From: a virus
Taxonomy: Duplodnaviria; Heunggongvirae; Uroviricota; Caudoviricetes
IMG/VR virus record: IMGVR_UViG_3300043568_002650
Coordinates: 64,512 to 128,511 of that record
Reading direction: 5' to 3' (one strand)
DNA length: 64,000 bases
Part shown: positions 18,057 to 28,100 of the stretch, piece after piece
How positions within the stretch are numbered: position 1 is the stretch's first letter
Layout: each line of letters starts with the position of its first letter
The notes under the pieces: model-generated
The model's database searches: none
Seen by the model: only the letters and a program-made list of their open reading frames with translations
What the model was told of the DNA's origin: nothing
Position numbers and translations under genes: made by a program

Positions 18057-19568
18057 TTAGAAACCGTCAGTAGTAATTGATTCACCGCTAGTGATTATAT
18101 CCTTGATTTGTTCTTCACTATCTATCGCTCTAGCGAGTTGAGGATAGGCTCCTCTGCCTGCACTTGCTAAGATCCTTTTAAGTCCTCTTCCTGGATCATT
18201 AATTAGTCGGTCGTTGTTATTTAATAACGTAGTCTTTTCATCATCCGTAAGATTAGGAAGTAGGATATTCATGATTCGTGCTGAGAAAGTTGAGAGAACT
18301 CCGAACTTCATATAGAGTTCAAGTACAGTTTCTCTAGAAAGTTTAGTAGATAGCTGATCTCTAATAATTCCAACTATAACGTTTCGAATAGCCACCTCAA
18401 CATCTAGATCTATTGTATATGTTGATTTTACAAGAGATGATAGAAGGTCAGAAGGATTAGAAGTATCTATGTTTAACTCAGTTACGATATTCTTAATCGT
18501 ATATTCAGCATCTAGACTATTCATCATAGTCGTTACTAGGCTTTCTGGATATCCGAGCTTAGTAAAATGTTCAAATGGATCTCGAGATTTTGTAATATTA
18601 TCATCATTCTTATTATGAGACGTATCAATAGTCCTATTTGAGTAAATAGTTGTTCCAGTTATATGCATTAAGTCAGTAACCGGTAAATTAAAGTTAAAAA
18701 TATTAAATTGTAAAGAACCCTTTGCTCCTCCATATCTCTTCCAATATCCTTGTCTACGGTTAATACACCAGTCGGCAACCGAACATAATTCTATTTGAGC
18801 ATGTTCAGTTCGGATACTCATTGCAAGGTATCCATCTCTATTATAAAGGATGCCGGCTTCCGGTTGTAGTGCACGAAGAGCGTTTACTTTACTTAAAACG
18901 TCTGAATTATATAATCCATCGGCCTTTTCTTCAATCCATTTTAGGTATGGCGCCCCTTCTCTAAATGCATTAGACTTAAATAATAGAGAAATCCGATTAT
19001 TTGTAATTTTTCCTGTTTCAGGATCTTTAAAATCGCCAGCTTCTGCATCCGCTTCATCAATTAGCTTTGCAGCTTTATAGAGACGGTCAATCATTTCAGG
19101 AGGCATACTCTTAATACTTCTACGAAGATCGCCATTTACTTTATCAATAACCCATCGATATTTTCTACGCTCTTCAATATTATTGAACTGATCCATTAAG
19201 GCTTCTAATGGGTTTACACCATTTACTACTTCCGACTTTGAATACTCTTCAATTGTCATTGGCAGAGTATTTAGTGAACCTGCATTATCTTTAATTTTAG
19301 TATAGAGTTCTTCCAATCTATCAGGTGTAGCCTTGTGATCAAGATAAAATAGAAGAAATGCATAAACATAACCATCATTTCCTTTTACTATTTCCCTTAT
19401 TTTATTATACATTTTATTGTCGACTGCCTTTTGTTCGACTTCAGGTGTGATCTCTTCGATATTGTTCTTTTCAACATATCTCTTGATAAGTTCGCTTTTT
19501 GCAGCTTTCACGTTTTCATTCAATTCGCCAGTATTACACCACTGCGAAAAATTTAAAATTCCATTCAT
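18057..19568 (-). CDS. hypothetical 503-aa protein
   Basis: Long ORF. N-terminus MNGILNFSQWCNTGELNE is a weak CTS-like motif. Confidence 0.5.
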   Translation of the reverse strand: MNGILNFSQWCNTGELNENVKAAKSELIKRYVEKNNIEEITPEVEQKAVDNKMYNKIREIVKGNDGYVYAFLLFYLDHKATPDRLEELYTKIKDNAGSLNTLPMTIEEYSKSEVVNGVNPLEALMDQFNNIEERRKYRWVIDKVNGDLRRSIKSMPPEMIDRLYKAAKLIDEADAEAGDFKDPETGKITNNRISLLFKSNAFREGAPYLKWIEEKADGLYNSDVLSKVNALRALQPEAGILYNRDGYLAMSIRTEHAQIELCSVADWCINRRQGYWKRYGGAKGSLQFNIFNFNLPVTDLMHITGTTIYSNRTIDTSHNKNDDNITKSRDPFEHFTKLGYPESLVTTMMNSLDAEYTIKNIVTELNIDTSNPSDLLSSLVKSTYTIDLDVEVAIRNVIVGIIRDQLSTKLSRETVLELYMKFGVLSTFSARIMNILLPNLTDDEKTTLLNNNDRLINDPGRGLKRILASAGRGAYPQLARAIDSEEQIKDIITSGESITTDGF

Positions 19569-19644
19569 ACTAAAATAAACTGTTTTATAGACTTATTTAT
19601 CTTGAAGATTGTACTCTTTATTTTTTGATTTCATCTAAATATCG

Positions 19645-19665
19645 AGATAAATAACTAAAATAAAT
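19645..19665 (+). promoter_or_regulatory. late-promoter-like motif GAGATAAATAACTAAAATAAA
   Basis: 8 nt before ATG 19674. Confidence 0.5.
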
Positions 19666-19673
19666 CTATTTTT

Positions 19674-19946
19674 ATGGCTAGAAAGCATATTAAGACAATG
19701 AACGAAAGATTCATGATGAGTGATACTGACACTAAACCTACGACTGCACCACCAGTAACAGCGCCACCGTCAACTCGACCATTTAGACCAGTGCCAACTA
19801 AGAGACCTAACGAAAAGACCAAGGGCAAACCGATGGCTGAATATGAAAACATGATCGATTTATTCTTTGCTGAATTAGAGAAGATTAAAGATACGCCAGA
19901 AGGAAAAGAAATGATCAAAAATTTACACAATAAATATGCAAAATAA
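19674..19946 (+). CDS. hypothetical Pro/Thr-rich small protein
   Basis: 90-aa ORF after a late motif. Confidence 0.4.
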   Translation: MARKHIKTMNERFMMSDTDTKPTTAPPVTAPPSTRPFRPVPTKRPNEKTKGKPMAEYENMIDLFFAELEKIKDTPEGKEMIKNLHNKYAK

Positions 19947-21444
19947 AGTATTTGATTTTAAATCCTTCATTAACGAAGTTTCATTAGAAGGAAATCGCGG
20001 AATTCCAGGAGAAGCTGGAGATACTTCTCCATCATGGTTGAAAAAAGTAGACGCTGAAAAAGGTGCTCGAATGGCAAATTTTGAGAGAGAAAATCGCCAA
20101 GATATCATGAGATTCATGCAATTAGTTGGCCAGTCTCAACAACTTCAAAGAGGTCACGAAGAAGAACTATCTACCTTAGCAGAAGAGTCATTTAGGACTC
20201 TTTTTAAAAGTTTACTTGATGATGTCATATTAGATTTTAAAATAGGCGAAGATTCTAAAGAAATTATTATGGAAACGCCTGAAAAAACTAGTGTTGAGGC
20301 AAAAATAGAGGAGATAACTGATGAAAGGATACTTGCTGCGATTGAAGTAAGAAAACTACTACGTACTATTCAACAAGGAAAAGGATTGACCTCTAAAGCG
20401 ATTCTAAACTTGCCAATGTTTAAGAAAGGTATTACAGATATCTTGGGACAGTCTGCAACAGAATACATTAGTATTTTAAATAAAATTTCAAACATTGCAC
20501 AATTTAATGATTGGAGACTATCTGAAGAAATGATTAAGATGATGTTGAGCGAAGGAACTGCTGGAGCATGTAAGATAGACTTTGAAGAAAAGGAAGACTT
20601 TGGAAAAGATGAAGATAAACCAGAAACTCCAGAAATTCCTGAAGAGACTGCTGAAGAACTATTGAAGCGTTTAGCTGCCGGCGATGACTTAGAAGATATC
20701 GAAGAAGCTGCAGATTTGGTTCAAGGATTAGGTGCAAAGATTACTGCTCGAGGAGTAGACATGTCAATATTAATTCACGAAGCAATTAAAGGTATTTATA
20801 TGTTACCTTTACAATTAAGTTTAGAAAATCTTTCTGACGACGAGGCAGAATTAGTAATTGCAAATACTGATACTCTACTTGATGAGGCTCAAGAGTTTAA
20901 GTATGGAACAGAAATGCAAAAGGCTGTATATAAAGCTATTTCATCTAATCCAATAGTAAAAGAGAGACTTGATAATTTTAGAAGATCTCTCGATACTGAC
21001 GATGCTTGGGACGAGATGGGAGCATTTGAAGAACAACTTTTTTGGATGGTTTTTGGAATAATTGCAGTACGCAGTCAAGAGGAACCTATAGAGATATTAA
21101 TGGTTATATATGCAGTTTTGATGGAGAGCCAAGAAGAGATAGACGAGTTATTTTACCCAATAGTGGAAGAAGCAATTAACAACTTGGATTCAGAAAATGA
21201 CTATCAAGCTACGAAAGGACAAGGCTTTCAAGCCCCTATGCAAGAGGAACCACGAATGGAAAAAGAGCCTGAGTCGATGGTCAACGCAGAAGAAGATGAA
21301 AACCTTTCACCAGATGAAGTAAACAATGCTATTCTTGATGCATATGCTAAAAAAGACATGGCAAAAGTAGCAAGACTACGTAAGAAATATCTTGGAGAAT
21401 CTAAATTGTTTCCTTATTCTATTTGGACAAAACTTAATTTTTGA
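19936..21444 (+). CDS. hypothetical acidic 502-aa protein with N-terminal FDFKSFINE motif (CTS-like)
   Basis: MQNKVFDFKSFINEVSLEG N-terminus. Glu-rich. Confidence 0.5.
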   Translation: MQNKVFDFKSFINEVSLEGNRGIPGEAGDTSPSWLKKVDAEKGARMANFERENRQDIMRFMQLVGQSQQLQRGHEEELSTLAEESFRTLFKSLLDDVILDFKIGEDSKEIIMETPEKTSVEAKIEEITDERILAAIEVRKLLRTIQQGKGLTSKAILNLPMFKKGITDILGQSATEYISILNKISNIAQFNDWRLSEEMIKMMLSEGTAGACKIDFEEKEDFGKDEDKPETPEIPEETAEELLKRLAAGDDLEDIEEAADLVQGLGAKITARGVDMSILIHEAIKGIYMLPLQLSLENLSDDEAELVIANTDTLLDEAQEFKYGTEMQKAVYKAISSNPIVKERLDNFRRSLDTDDAWDEMGAFEEQLFWMVFGIIAVRSQEEPIEILMVIYAVLMESQEEIDELFYPIVEEAINNLDSENDYQATKGQGFQAPMQEEPRMEKEPESMVNAEEDENLSPDEVNNAILDAYAKKDMAKVARLRKKYLGESKLFPYSIWTKLNF

Positions 21445-21733
21445 TTTCAATAAAAGGAGAACCGAAACAACTAGTAGATTTCATCTTTCCGAAGTCTACT
21501 AGTTTTGATTTCATGAAATCTAGGTGTTGACATACTTGATTGCCCATGCCTTTTTCATGGTATATAATAAATTCAACAAGTAGAGTATAAGTATATCGAG
21601 TATCCCATTTCAACATGTGGTGAATAATCTCCTTTGCTTCAGATCGACACTCTTCAAGAATCCATTTATCTATAATATCGTTAAAATCGTATTTAACGAT
21701 TCCGATTTTCATTTTATGGGAGAGGGTCTTCAT
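21434..21733 (-). CDS. hypothetical protein
   Basis: 99-aa ORF. Confidence 0.35.
   Translation of the reverse strand: MKTLSHKMKIGIVKYDFNDIIDKWILEECRSEAKEIIHHMLKWDTRYTYTLLVEFIIYHEKGMGNQVCQHLDFMKSKLVDFGKMKSTSCFGSPFIEIKN
21469..21510 (+). terminator. rho-independent terminator
   Basis: Perfect 10-bp stem AACTAGTAGA/TCTACTAGTT followed by TTTTGATTT. Immediately 3' of gene 19936..21444. Confidence 0.6.
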
Positions 21734-22019
21734 CTTCTGTTCTTTTAAGTTGATTTAAAAATTCACGTAGGATAGTATTATCTTTTTCTTGAAAGATAAA
21801 CTCATCCCACTCTCCAAAACGAGAAGTATGACCAAAGATATACTTGAGTCCCTTCTTTACTCTTGCCCAAAAAGTATCCTTAGTTAGGTGAATATACACA
21901 TACAACATATTATCTTGTTCATCATACATAAACTTTGCCTGGTGCTCAAATGAGTGACAGTCACAAACAAATATTTCAGTTTCAGTTAGAACTTGAGCAG
22001 TCTTCTCTATTTTTTTCAT
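21714..22019 (-). CDS. hypothetical protein
   Basis: 101-aa ORF. Confidence 0.4.
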   Translation of the reverse strand: MKKIEKTAQVLTETEIFVCDCHSFEHQAKFMYDEQDNMLYVYIHLTKDTFWARVKKGLKYIFGHTSRFGEWDEFIFQEKDNTILREFLNQLKRTEDEDPLP

Positions 22020-22597
22020 TTTTCTCCTTTTAATTTAAACAGTGTAATTAAGCTAGCTCTCATCTTCTCTTCAATGTATGGTCGATTTGAACTTCCTTTT
22101 GGATGCACAGGATACCACTTTTTAATCATTCCTGGACGAGGATTAGTCTCAAATATCTTCTCTTCTTTGAATATGACCCTTTCGATTAGCCAGTCACTGA
22201 TAAATTCGTCTACTTCTTTTTGAAGTTCTGAATACTTTTCTAGAGCAGGTTGGGTTGATCCCTTTCTCTCCCACCATTCGCAAAAAGAAGAGATTCCATC
22301 AAAAGCATTCTCTAATCGATCATATTTAAAGTCTGCATCAATGATGAAGTTATCTGGAAAGTCACAATACTGCTTATAGATCTGACATTGATCCTTTGCA
22401 AGATAAACCCTAAATCCAAGCTCTTCAATCTTTTCCACAACTGTCATCAACCATTCCCAAGAAGAGTGATATTGAGCTTCCTCAATATTATACTCCTTAT
22501 TCTTACGAATGTAGTACGAAGGTTCCAATCCAGTATCATAGAAATCTTCCATGAATACTGCGATATGGTGATTCTGTTTACGAGTGTATTCGTCCAT
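22016..22597 (-). CDS. hypothetical protein
   Basis: 193-aa ORF. Confidence 0.45.
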   Translation of the reverse strand: MDEYTRKQNHHIAVFMEDFYDTGLEPSYYIRKNKEYNIEEAQYHSSWEWLMTVVEKIEELGFRVYLAKDQCQIYKQYCDFPDNFIIDADFKYDRLENAFDGISSFCEWWERKGSTQPALEKYSELQKEVDEFISDWLIERVIFKEEKIFETNPRPGMIKKWYPVHPKGSSNRPYIEEKMRASLITLFKLKGEK

Positions 22598-22982
22598 CTT
22601 CTATTATTTTATTACAGCTTTGTTTCCATTCAAAATGTTCAACGTTTACTGGTCGACATGGATCCTGTCCTTCTACTATCTTCATTAGTTCGTCGACATC
22701 GTCATCTAGATGAAATGCGAAACCTTTACCCTTAAGAAAGTGTATCTTATCCTGATGATCAGTAAAGACAATATGCTCCTTAAGTATTCCACACGCTTCA
22801 GCTATCTCGAACAGGATAATATTTTGATCTTTACTCCAGTGCCAACCTCTCTCAATTATATCTTCAGTAGTTGTTCGAGTAGTAACTATCCATACTTCAT
22901 GGCCGTTTTCGACTAGGCTCTTTGCATACCTTTGAACATCAAGTCGACGAAGGGTACCATCAAAATCAAAACTTACTTTCAT
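22578..22982 (-). CDS. small HAD-superfamily phosphatase-like protein
   Basis: N-terminal FDFDGT (HAD motif I, DxDGT). Confidence 0.5.
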   Translation of the reverse strand: MKVSFDFDGTLRRLDVQRYAKSLVENGHEVWIVTTRTTTEDIIERGWHWSKDQNIILFEIAEACGILKEHIVFTDHQDKIHFLKGKGFAFHLDDDVDELMKIVEGQDPCRPVNVEHFEWKQSCNKIIEDGRIHS

Positions 22983-23356
22983 CTCCCAATCACAACAAAT
23001 TTACTTCCAGCTTGTGCAACGATATCATCGATCCATGTAATAGCCTCTTCGTCTGAATTGAAACGGTGAAGGATTTCCCCTTTTTCCAATAGTCTTATTC
23101 CAACTTCAGGCCTATGATAAATCTCATTCTTTGCTTCATCAAAGCCGTACCACGTGTAACACAGAATGTCTTTTAATTCCTCACGGTCACAATCATCATA
23201 GTAAGCCCAACCAGCAGGTAGAGCTTTCTTCAACCTAATTAGACCGAATAGTCCTCTCTTTTCTGGTCGAGCCTCTGTCCAAGAGTATCCACTAGGTTTT
23301 CTTTTTACTAATGTGATTCGAGTTATTGAATCTAGTTTAAAATGTACTTCACTCAT
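22979..23356 (-). CDS. hypothetical protein
   Basis: 125-aa ORF. Confidence 0.4.
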   Translation of the reverse strand: MSEVHFKLDSITRITLVKRKPSGYSWTEARPEKRGLFGLIRLKKALPAGWAYYDDCDREELKDILCYTWYGFDEAKNEIYHRPEVGIRLLEKGEILHRFNSDEEAITWIDDIVAQAGSKFVVIGR

Positions 23357-23747
23357 TGTCTTTTCGGGTTAAGCTTTCGGGTAAATAATAATCTTTCTCA
23401 AAATTGCCTAGCTCATATGAGCCATCTGGTTGAATAGCGATTACGAATTTACCAGTATTTGGTTTCTCTTCATATTCAAATCGAGCATCCATTTCACGTA
23501 ACACTCGCACTTCAGTTCCAATAGCTTCAGCTAAGGTCTTTAGTTTTTCCAAGCTCAAGGTAACATCGAGATCTCCATACCAGATTTTGTCAGGTTTTGC
23601 ACCCATTGCTATCACATTGGCGTTAAAGATTGCCATGTTTTTTGGGTTTCGTTGAAGGTATCCTGATTTCGAACCAGAGATCATTGCTCCGTTCCAACCA
23701 AGAATTTGAGTTGCTTTTTCTTGCATCATGTTTAAATTTAATTCCAA
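23349..23747 (-). CDS. hypothetical protein
   Basis: 132-aa ORF. Confidence 0.4.
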   Translation of the reverse strand: MELNLNMMQEKATQILGWNGAMISGSKSGYLQRNPKNMAIFNANVIAMGAKPDKIWYGDLDVTLSLEKLKTLAEAIGTEVRVLREMDARFEYEEKPNTGKFVIAIQPDGSYELGNFEKDYYLPESLTRKDNE

Positions 23748-24259
23748 TCTATTTTATAGTTATACACGCGTTCAGCATATGCATTTATGCAGGGCCTGCC
23801 AGTGTTATACTCTCCGAACACTACTTTCCAATTGCCTCGTAAGTTATAGAGACGTCGTAAGAGTTTCATTGAAGTATATACATTATATTTTATATTGGTT
23901 CTCAAATAATCCTTCGAGACCCTATCTCGATTAATATATCTAGCTGTACCGACCATTACTTGCATTGGCCCAACTGCTCCAGCCGAACTTGTCTGTGCTG
24001 GATTATATCTCCAATGAAATGGTCCACCGTATCGAGTCTCAGCATAGGCAACACCAAATGCATACTGAATAGGAATATCAAAAGTATCTGCATAGTCTTT
24101 AATATAATTATACACTTGTATGCATGGCGGAGAACCTTGATCGATACTTTCTGGGATACGAACCGCTTGTTCCTGAGGAGCAACCGATTCAGTAACGGTG
24201 AGAGTAGTGACAGCAAACGCTCCCACTACAATACCGATTTTAATACTATTTACCAGCAT
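23738..24259 (-). CDS. lytic transglycosylase (SLT domain) with an N-terminal membrane anchor
   Basis: AYAETRYGG...SSAGAVGPMQVMVGTARY matches the SLT catalytic Glu and the AGA-GLMQ motif. Confidence 0.7.
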   Translation of the reverse strand: MLVNSIKIGIVVGAFAVTTLTVTESVAPQEQAVRIPESIDQGSPPCIQVYNYIKDYADTFDIPIQYAFGVAYAETRYGGPFHWRYNPAQTSSAGAVGPMQVMVGTARYINRDRVSKDYLRTNIKYNVYTSMKLLRRLYNLRGNWKVVFGEYNTGRPCINAYAERVYNYKIDWN

Positions 24260-24617
24260 TCGTTACCTCTTGATGAATACGATTAGCATACATTCCAAAG
24301 ATGGTTTGACCGATCTTATCTGAATACGCAATATACTTTCCAGTTGAGCGTTCAATCATAATAAGCTCATTGCTTTCATTGACTGCAATTGAAATCTCTT
24401 CTGGTGAAAAGGCATGTGCATATGGATTACTCACCTTTACCTCCTCCTTCTTAGAAGACTGATAGTTTTGACCTAATTTAAAAGCAGCGGTTGCTACTGA
24501 AACTAGGATCACGATATTCACGATTGGCTTTAAACTTCTAGCAATCATTATTCTGCTAAACTTCATAATTTTTATTTTAGTTAGACAATAGTAATATTGT
24601 ACTAAAGAAATAATCAT
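24246..24617 (-). CDS. membrane protein adjacent to the transglycosylase (holin/spanin candidate)
   Basis: 123-aa ORF with a TM helix IVNIVILVSVATAAF. Confidence 0.35.
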   Translation of the reverse strand: MIISLVQYYYCLTKIKIMKFSRIMIARSLKPIVNIVILVSVATAAFKLGQNYQSSKKEEVKVSNPYAHAFSPEEISIAVNESNELIMIERSTGKYIAYSDKIGQTIFGMYANRIHQEVTNAGK

Positions 24618-24748
24618 CTTTAAAACTTGTGTAAAGAAGATAGTTAAATATTAATAGAGCCTGACACTCTAGTCGGCATCAAGTTTAATAGCTTTTGAGT
24701 GGTCCATAGCCACAATGATGTCTGCTTATAAAAATAACAGGTAAACTT

Positions 24749-25504
24749 ATGTACTATCAAAACACAACGGGCTTTATGAGTCCAACTGCTAATATTGCAG
24801 TAAACAGAAATCGTCTAAAGTCATATGGCGAAAAAATCTATTTAAAGAGTGGCACTCATTTCGAGATCGAGCTATTCAATCCAACAACAACAAAAGTCCT
24901 AGCTATGATCCATCTTGACGGAGTCGCAATCTCCAGTGCAGGAATAGTGATTAAGCCTGGACAAAGAGTCTTCCTAGAGAGATGGATCGATGAACCTAAA
25001 AAGTTTCTATTTGAAACTTATGAAGTTGATGATTCGGCAGAAGCCAAAAAGGCAATTAGTGAGAATGGAAAAGTAAAGGTCGAGTTTTATGATCAGTCAC
25101 CCCCAAGTAATTTAACTATTATGCCTACTACATGGACGTACACTTCAAATTCTCCAAGTCAGCCAATCTATGGTGGAACTACTCACAACCAGATCTACTT
25201 TAGTTCTTCAATTGGAGGACCAAGTGACATTATTGGTCAAAACAGTTCGATCGTTAGTTCATCAGTTAACCTGACTTCGCTTGAGACTGGTCGTGCTGAA
25301 AAAGGTTCACGCTCTGATCAAGGATTCACAAACAATGACTCTTCCTACAATTCATGGACCTGTAATACGGTTCACCTGCAAATCTTACCTGAATCTCAAA
25401 AACCAGTAGAGGTTGCTGAAATCAGAAACTATTGCACAAACTGTGGAACTCGCCACAAAAAATCGAGTTGGAAGTTCTGTCCAAATTGCGGAACACCGAT
25501 CTAA
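24749..25504 (+). CDS. hypothetical protein with a C-terminal zinc ribbon
   Basis: CTNCGTRHKKSSWKFCPNCGTPI at the C-terminus. Confidence 0.45.
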   Translation: MYYQNTTGFMSPTANIAVNRNRLKSYGEKIYLKSGTHFEIELFNPTTTKVLAMIHLDGVAISSAGIVIKPGQRVFLERWIDEPKKFLFETYEVDDSAEAKKAISENGKVKVEFYDQSPPSNLTIMPTTWTYTSNSPSQPIYGGTTHNQIYFSSSIGGPSDIIGQNSSIVSSSVNLTSLETGRAEKGSRSDQGFTNNDSSYNSWTCNTVHLQILPESQKPVEVAEIRNYCTNCGTRHKKSSWKFCPNCGTPI

Positions 25505-25526
25505 ATTTTAAAGTCAGGCTCTAATG

Positions 25527-25557
25527 AAGGATCTCGAAAGGGATCCTTTCTTGTTTT
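25527..25557 (+). terminator. putative rho-independent terminator
   Basis: AAGGATC-tcgaaagg-GATCCTT hairpin followed by TCTTGTTTT. Confidence 0.45.
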
Positions 25558-25561
25558 AAGA

Positions 25562-25578
25562 GATAAATAATAAAAATA
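25562..25578 (+). promoter_or_regulatory. late-promoter-like GATAAATAATAAAAATA
   Basis: 11 nt before ATG 25589. Confidence 0.45.
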
Positions 25579-25588
25579 ATTACTGACA

Positions 25589-25912
25589 ATGTCACAATTT
25601 AATACAATTCACCTATTTGGATTCGGAGATGCTCAAATTATCGGAAAAGATAATAATGGTACTGTAAAATCAGATACTTTAACTAACCTTACTGCATTCG
25701 TAGATCATGTAGTTACTTTTAAACCTGAAGAAGTTATACTAACTGATTACCATGTGATCCATATCTTTAATGAGATGGACGTTCGTTATCTAGGTAGAGG
25801 TACTGAAAATAATGCAGATAAGACTGACTTTATTGTTAGTATGACTGAAGTTGACGCAACTATCCTAGCTAACCTAGTTAATGAGCTAATTGCAGCAGTA
25901 ACTCCAGAATAA
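25589..25912 (+). CDS. hypothetical protein
   Basis: 107-aa ORF. Confidence 0.4.
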   Translation: MSQFNTIHLFGFGDAQIIGKDNNGTVKSDTLTNLTAFVDHVVTFKPEEVILTDYHVIHIFNEMDVRYLGRGTENNADKTDFIVSMTEVDATILANLVNELIAAVTPE

Positions 25913-25914
25913 TT

Positions 25915-26250
25915 ATGAAAAGATACATTCAATTATACGAGAGCTGGCAACGTGAAGAGACAATTATTATGACTTCTAGAATGGGTCGTGATATAACTCT
26001 AACGATTCGTCATGGAAAGATTGAAGAGATCGAAAATAACAGCGGAATTATTTTTCCTTTTGTAACTGGGCAACCTTTACAGATTCCTTTTATTAAAGGC
26101 TGGGCATGTCGCAATGGATTCAAATGGAACGGAGAAGATGCATGTCAGCCAGGTATGAAACCTGAAAAGAAGATCTTTGGTATTAGAACAAAGGACATTC
26201 CACATGGACACGATTTAAGACGAATCTTTCCTGGAAAGTTTAGAGATTAA
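25915..26250 (+). CDS. hypothetical protein (N-terminus MKRYIQLYESW)
   Basis: 111-aa ORF. Confidence 0.4.
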   Translation: MKRYIQLYESWQREETIIMTSRMGRDITLTIRHGKIEEIENNSGIIFPFVTGQPLQIPFIKGWACRNGFKWNGEDACQPGMKPEKKIFGIRTKDIPHGHDLRRIFPGKFRD

Positions 26251-26660
26251 AGAATCCCTAGTTCTTCCATTAAGATTCTACACTTAGGCCAATCAACAAA
26301 TGGACGATCTGATAATTCAAGATTAACTTTTAGTGGAATACCTAAGCAGATATCATCAATAATCAATTGACCGTAAGCTTTTGGAGAACTTGTCCAAGAC
26401 TTTTGTGTAGGGTTTTCTTGAATTCCATAAAGAGGAATATCGTTTTCTTTAAACCAGTTTATAGCATCAGTTAATCCATTATTATCAATCTTACCATTAG
26501 GTCTTTTAAAGCCGTTATTATCACTACGCATAGTGAATAAGATTAAACGATGTCCCGCCAATACTAAGTCTCTTAATACTTCTGGTGCACCAATATCGTG
26601 ACCAATATTTGGAAAATTATGTGTTGTACACGTTCCATCAAAATCTACTAATATATCCAT
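26247..26660 (-). CDS. small HAD-superfamily phosphatase-like protein
   Basis: VDFDGT motif at the N-terminus. Second such gene in the window. Confidence 0.5.
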   Translation of the reverse strand: MDILVDFDGTCTTHNFPNIGHDIGAPEVLRDLVLAGHRLILFTMRSDNNGFKRPNGKIDNNGLTDAINWFKENDIPLYGIQENPTQKSWTSSPKAYGQLIIDDICLGIPLKVNLELSDRPFVDWPKCRILMEELGIL

Positions 26661-26681
26661 TTTATTTAATATTTTACAAAA

Positions 26682-26711
26682 ATAAAAAGGTCTCGGTGAG
26701 TCACCGAGACC
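26682..26711 (-). terminator. rho-independent terminator (perfect palindrome)
   Basis: GGTCTCGGTGA-G-TCACCGAGACC perfect 11-bp inverted repeat. On the minus strand it is followed by TTTTTATTTTTG. Confidence 0.6.
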
Positions 26712-27114
26712 TTCATAACTACTTTATCCATTTCCAATTGGAATATCATATCCTTATCTTGTCGGAGAAAAGTTAGGCTTAAAACCAACTCAAGGAATCA
26801 GATATCTTACCGTCAGCTCTATGATATGCATCTCATAGAATACGATTGGCTGTAAACAATTTCAGGTAAAGGTTCGGCCTTTTATGTCAGTCGCTCGACG
26901 TGTTATTACCCCAAAACCCCAATTCCGTTTCCCCTAACTATTTTGAATCTTTATCAAAATTAAAGACTCTCAAGGATTGGTAGCATCTATTGTTTTCATT
27001 GTGCCAACATTCAGCAAGTAGTCAAATGTAGAACCGTCGGTCATAGAGCGCCTTGAGAACACAAGGTTGCTTAATTATACTCAATTCCTACAGGCTCACA
27101 CTATTCTCAAAGAA

Positions 27115-27621
27115 CTAATCTATTATACTCTTTTTTTCTGGAAAGTTTATTGCAACTTGATATAATTCTCTAAGATACATCCAAGATTTACCAAGTTTAT
27201 TCTCTCCGATCCAATCATCATCAACCAGCATTGCTCCCCAATATAGGTTAGAACCACGAGATCCTCTAGCCGTCACATCTTCAACGATTATAGCATTACC
27301 CGTTTCTAAAAGAGAATCTATTAATTCTGGATGATGCTTGATTTTCAGGAGTAGACAAAGTGTCATATTTCCATAGTCATCATCAGACATTGGCTGAATT
27401 ACCATTTTCTCCCTATGTTTCTTAGCCATCATTTTAGCAGCAATCGGAGATTTCTGTTCTCGTATTAATTCACAAATCTCTTCATCTTTAAATCTCAGTG
27501 CCTGGAATAGAGCTTCAGTAGTTCTCCAAGTTTTGCCATCGTATTCCACAGGATATGGAGCCATATTTCCAAGCCAGCCATGCTGAAGTTTAACTTTAGT
27601 GAATGATATAATATTTTCCAT
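27115..27621 (-). CDS. NADAR (YbiA-like) domain protein
   Basis: GWLGNMAPYPVEYDGKTWRTTEALFQALRF matches the YbiA/NADAR core (FSNF...DGKTWPTSEHYFQAQKF). Confidence 0.8.
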   Translation of the reverse strand: MENIISFTKVKLQHGWLGNMAPYPVEYDGKTWRTTEALFQALRFKDEEICELIREQKSPIAAKMMAKKHREKMVIQPMSDDDYGNMTLCLLLKIKHHPELIDSLLETGNAIIVEDVTARGSRGSNLYWGAMLVDDDWIGENKLGKSWMYLRELYQVAINFPEKKSIID

Positions 27622-27631
27622 CTCTCTTTTA

Positions 27632-27649
27632 TAATAAATAACTAAAAGA
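27632..27649 (+). promoter_or_regulatory. late-promoter-like TAATAAATAACTAAAAGA
   Basis: Upstream of the GTG start at 27657. Confidence 0.4.
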
Positions 27650-27656
27650 TTTTTAA

Positions 27657-28091
27657 GTGTTAAAACATATCTTAGAAAGAGAAGAATTTTTTAGTCATGA
27701 TCTAGATTGGCAAGGGATAAGATTCGTGAGATTAGAATCTGAAGGAAGCCTAATGAATCTAGGAGTTATTCTTCCTGGAGAGGATATTCCTAATCCCGGA
27801 ATAGTATTAACCCTTCAGGTGATTCATGATTACCTATATCAACCTCACATAACCCTTGATGAAAACTTAAGACGCCGAGGTCTCGCGACTAAGATTTATC
27901 GAGCACTAATAGATAGACTTGGCCATCTCTATTCAGGTAAAGGCCGTCGTCAAAACCCAATGGTCGATAAGATCTGGGACAAACTAAAAAATGATCCAAC
28001 TATTGATTGTGCAAGTAGCTCTATTGGAGATGCTTGCTGGACTCTAGATAATCCTGATGGAGAAGATATTCGAGCATTTATAGAAGGATAA
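27657..28091 (+). CDS. GNAT-family acetyltransferase-like protein
   Basis: LRRRGLATKIYRALIDRLG resembles GNAT motif A. GTG start. Confidence 0.4.
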   Translation: MLKHILEREEFFSHDLDWQGIRFVRLESEGSLMNLGVILPGEDIPNPGIVLTLQVIHDYLYQPHITLDENLRRRGLATKIYRALIDRLGHLYSGKGRRQNPMVDKIWDKLKNDPTIDCASSSIGDACWTLDNPDGEDIRAFIEG

Positions 28092-28100
28092 ATAAAGTAT

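Noticed and set aside
26712-27114. Possible tRNA gene in the ORF-free island
   Set aside because: No acceptor-stem/T-loop (GTTCRANYC) cloverleaf could be built by eye. It is left as an unexplained non-coding region.
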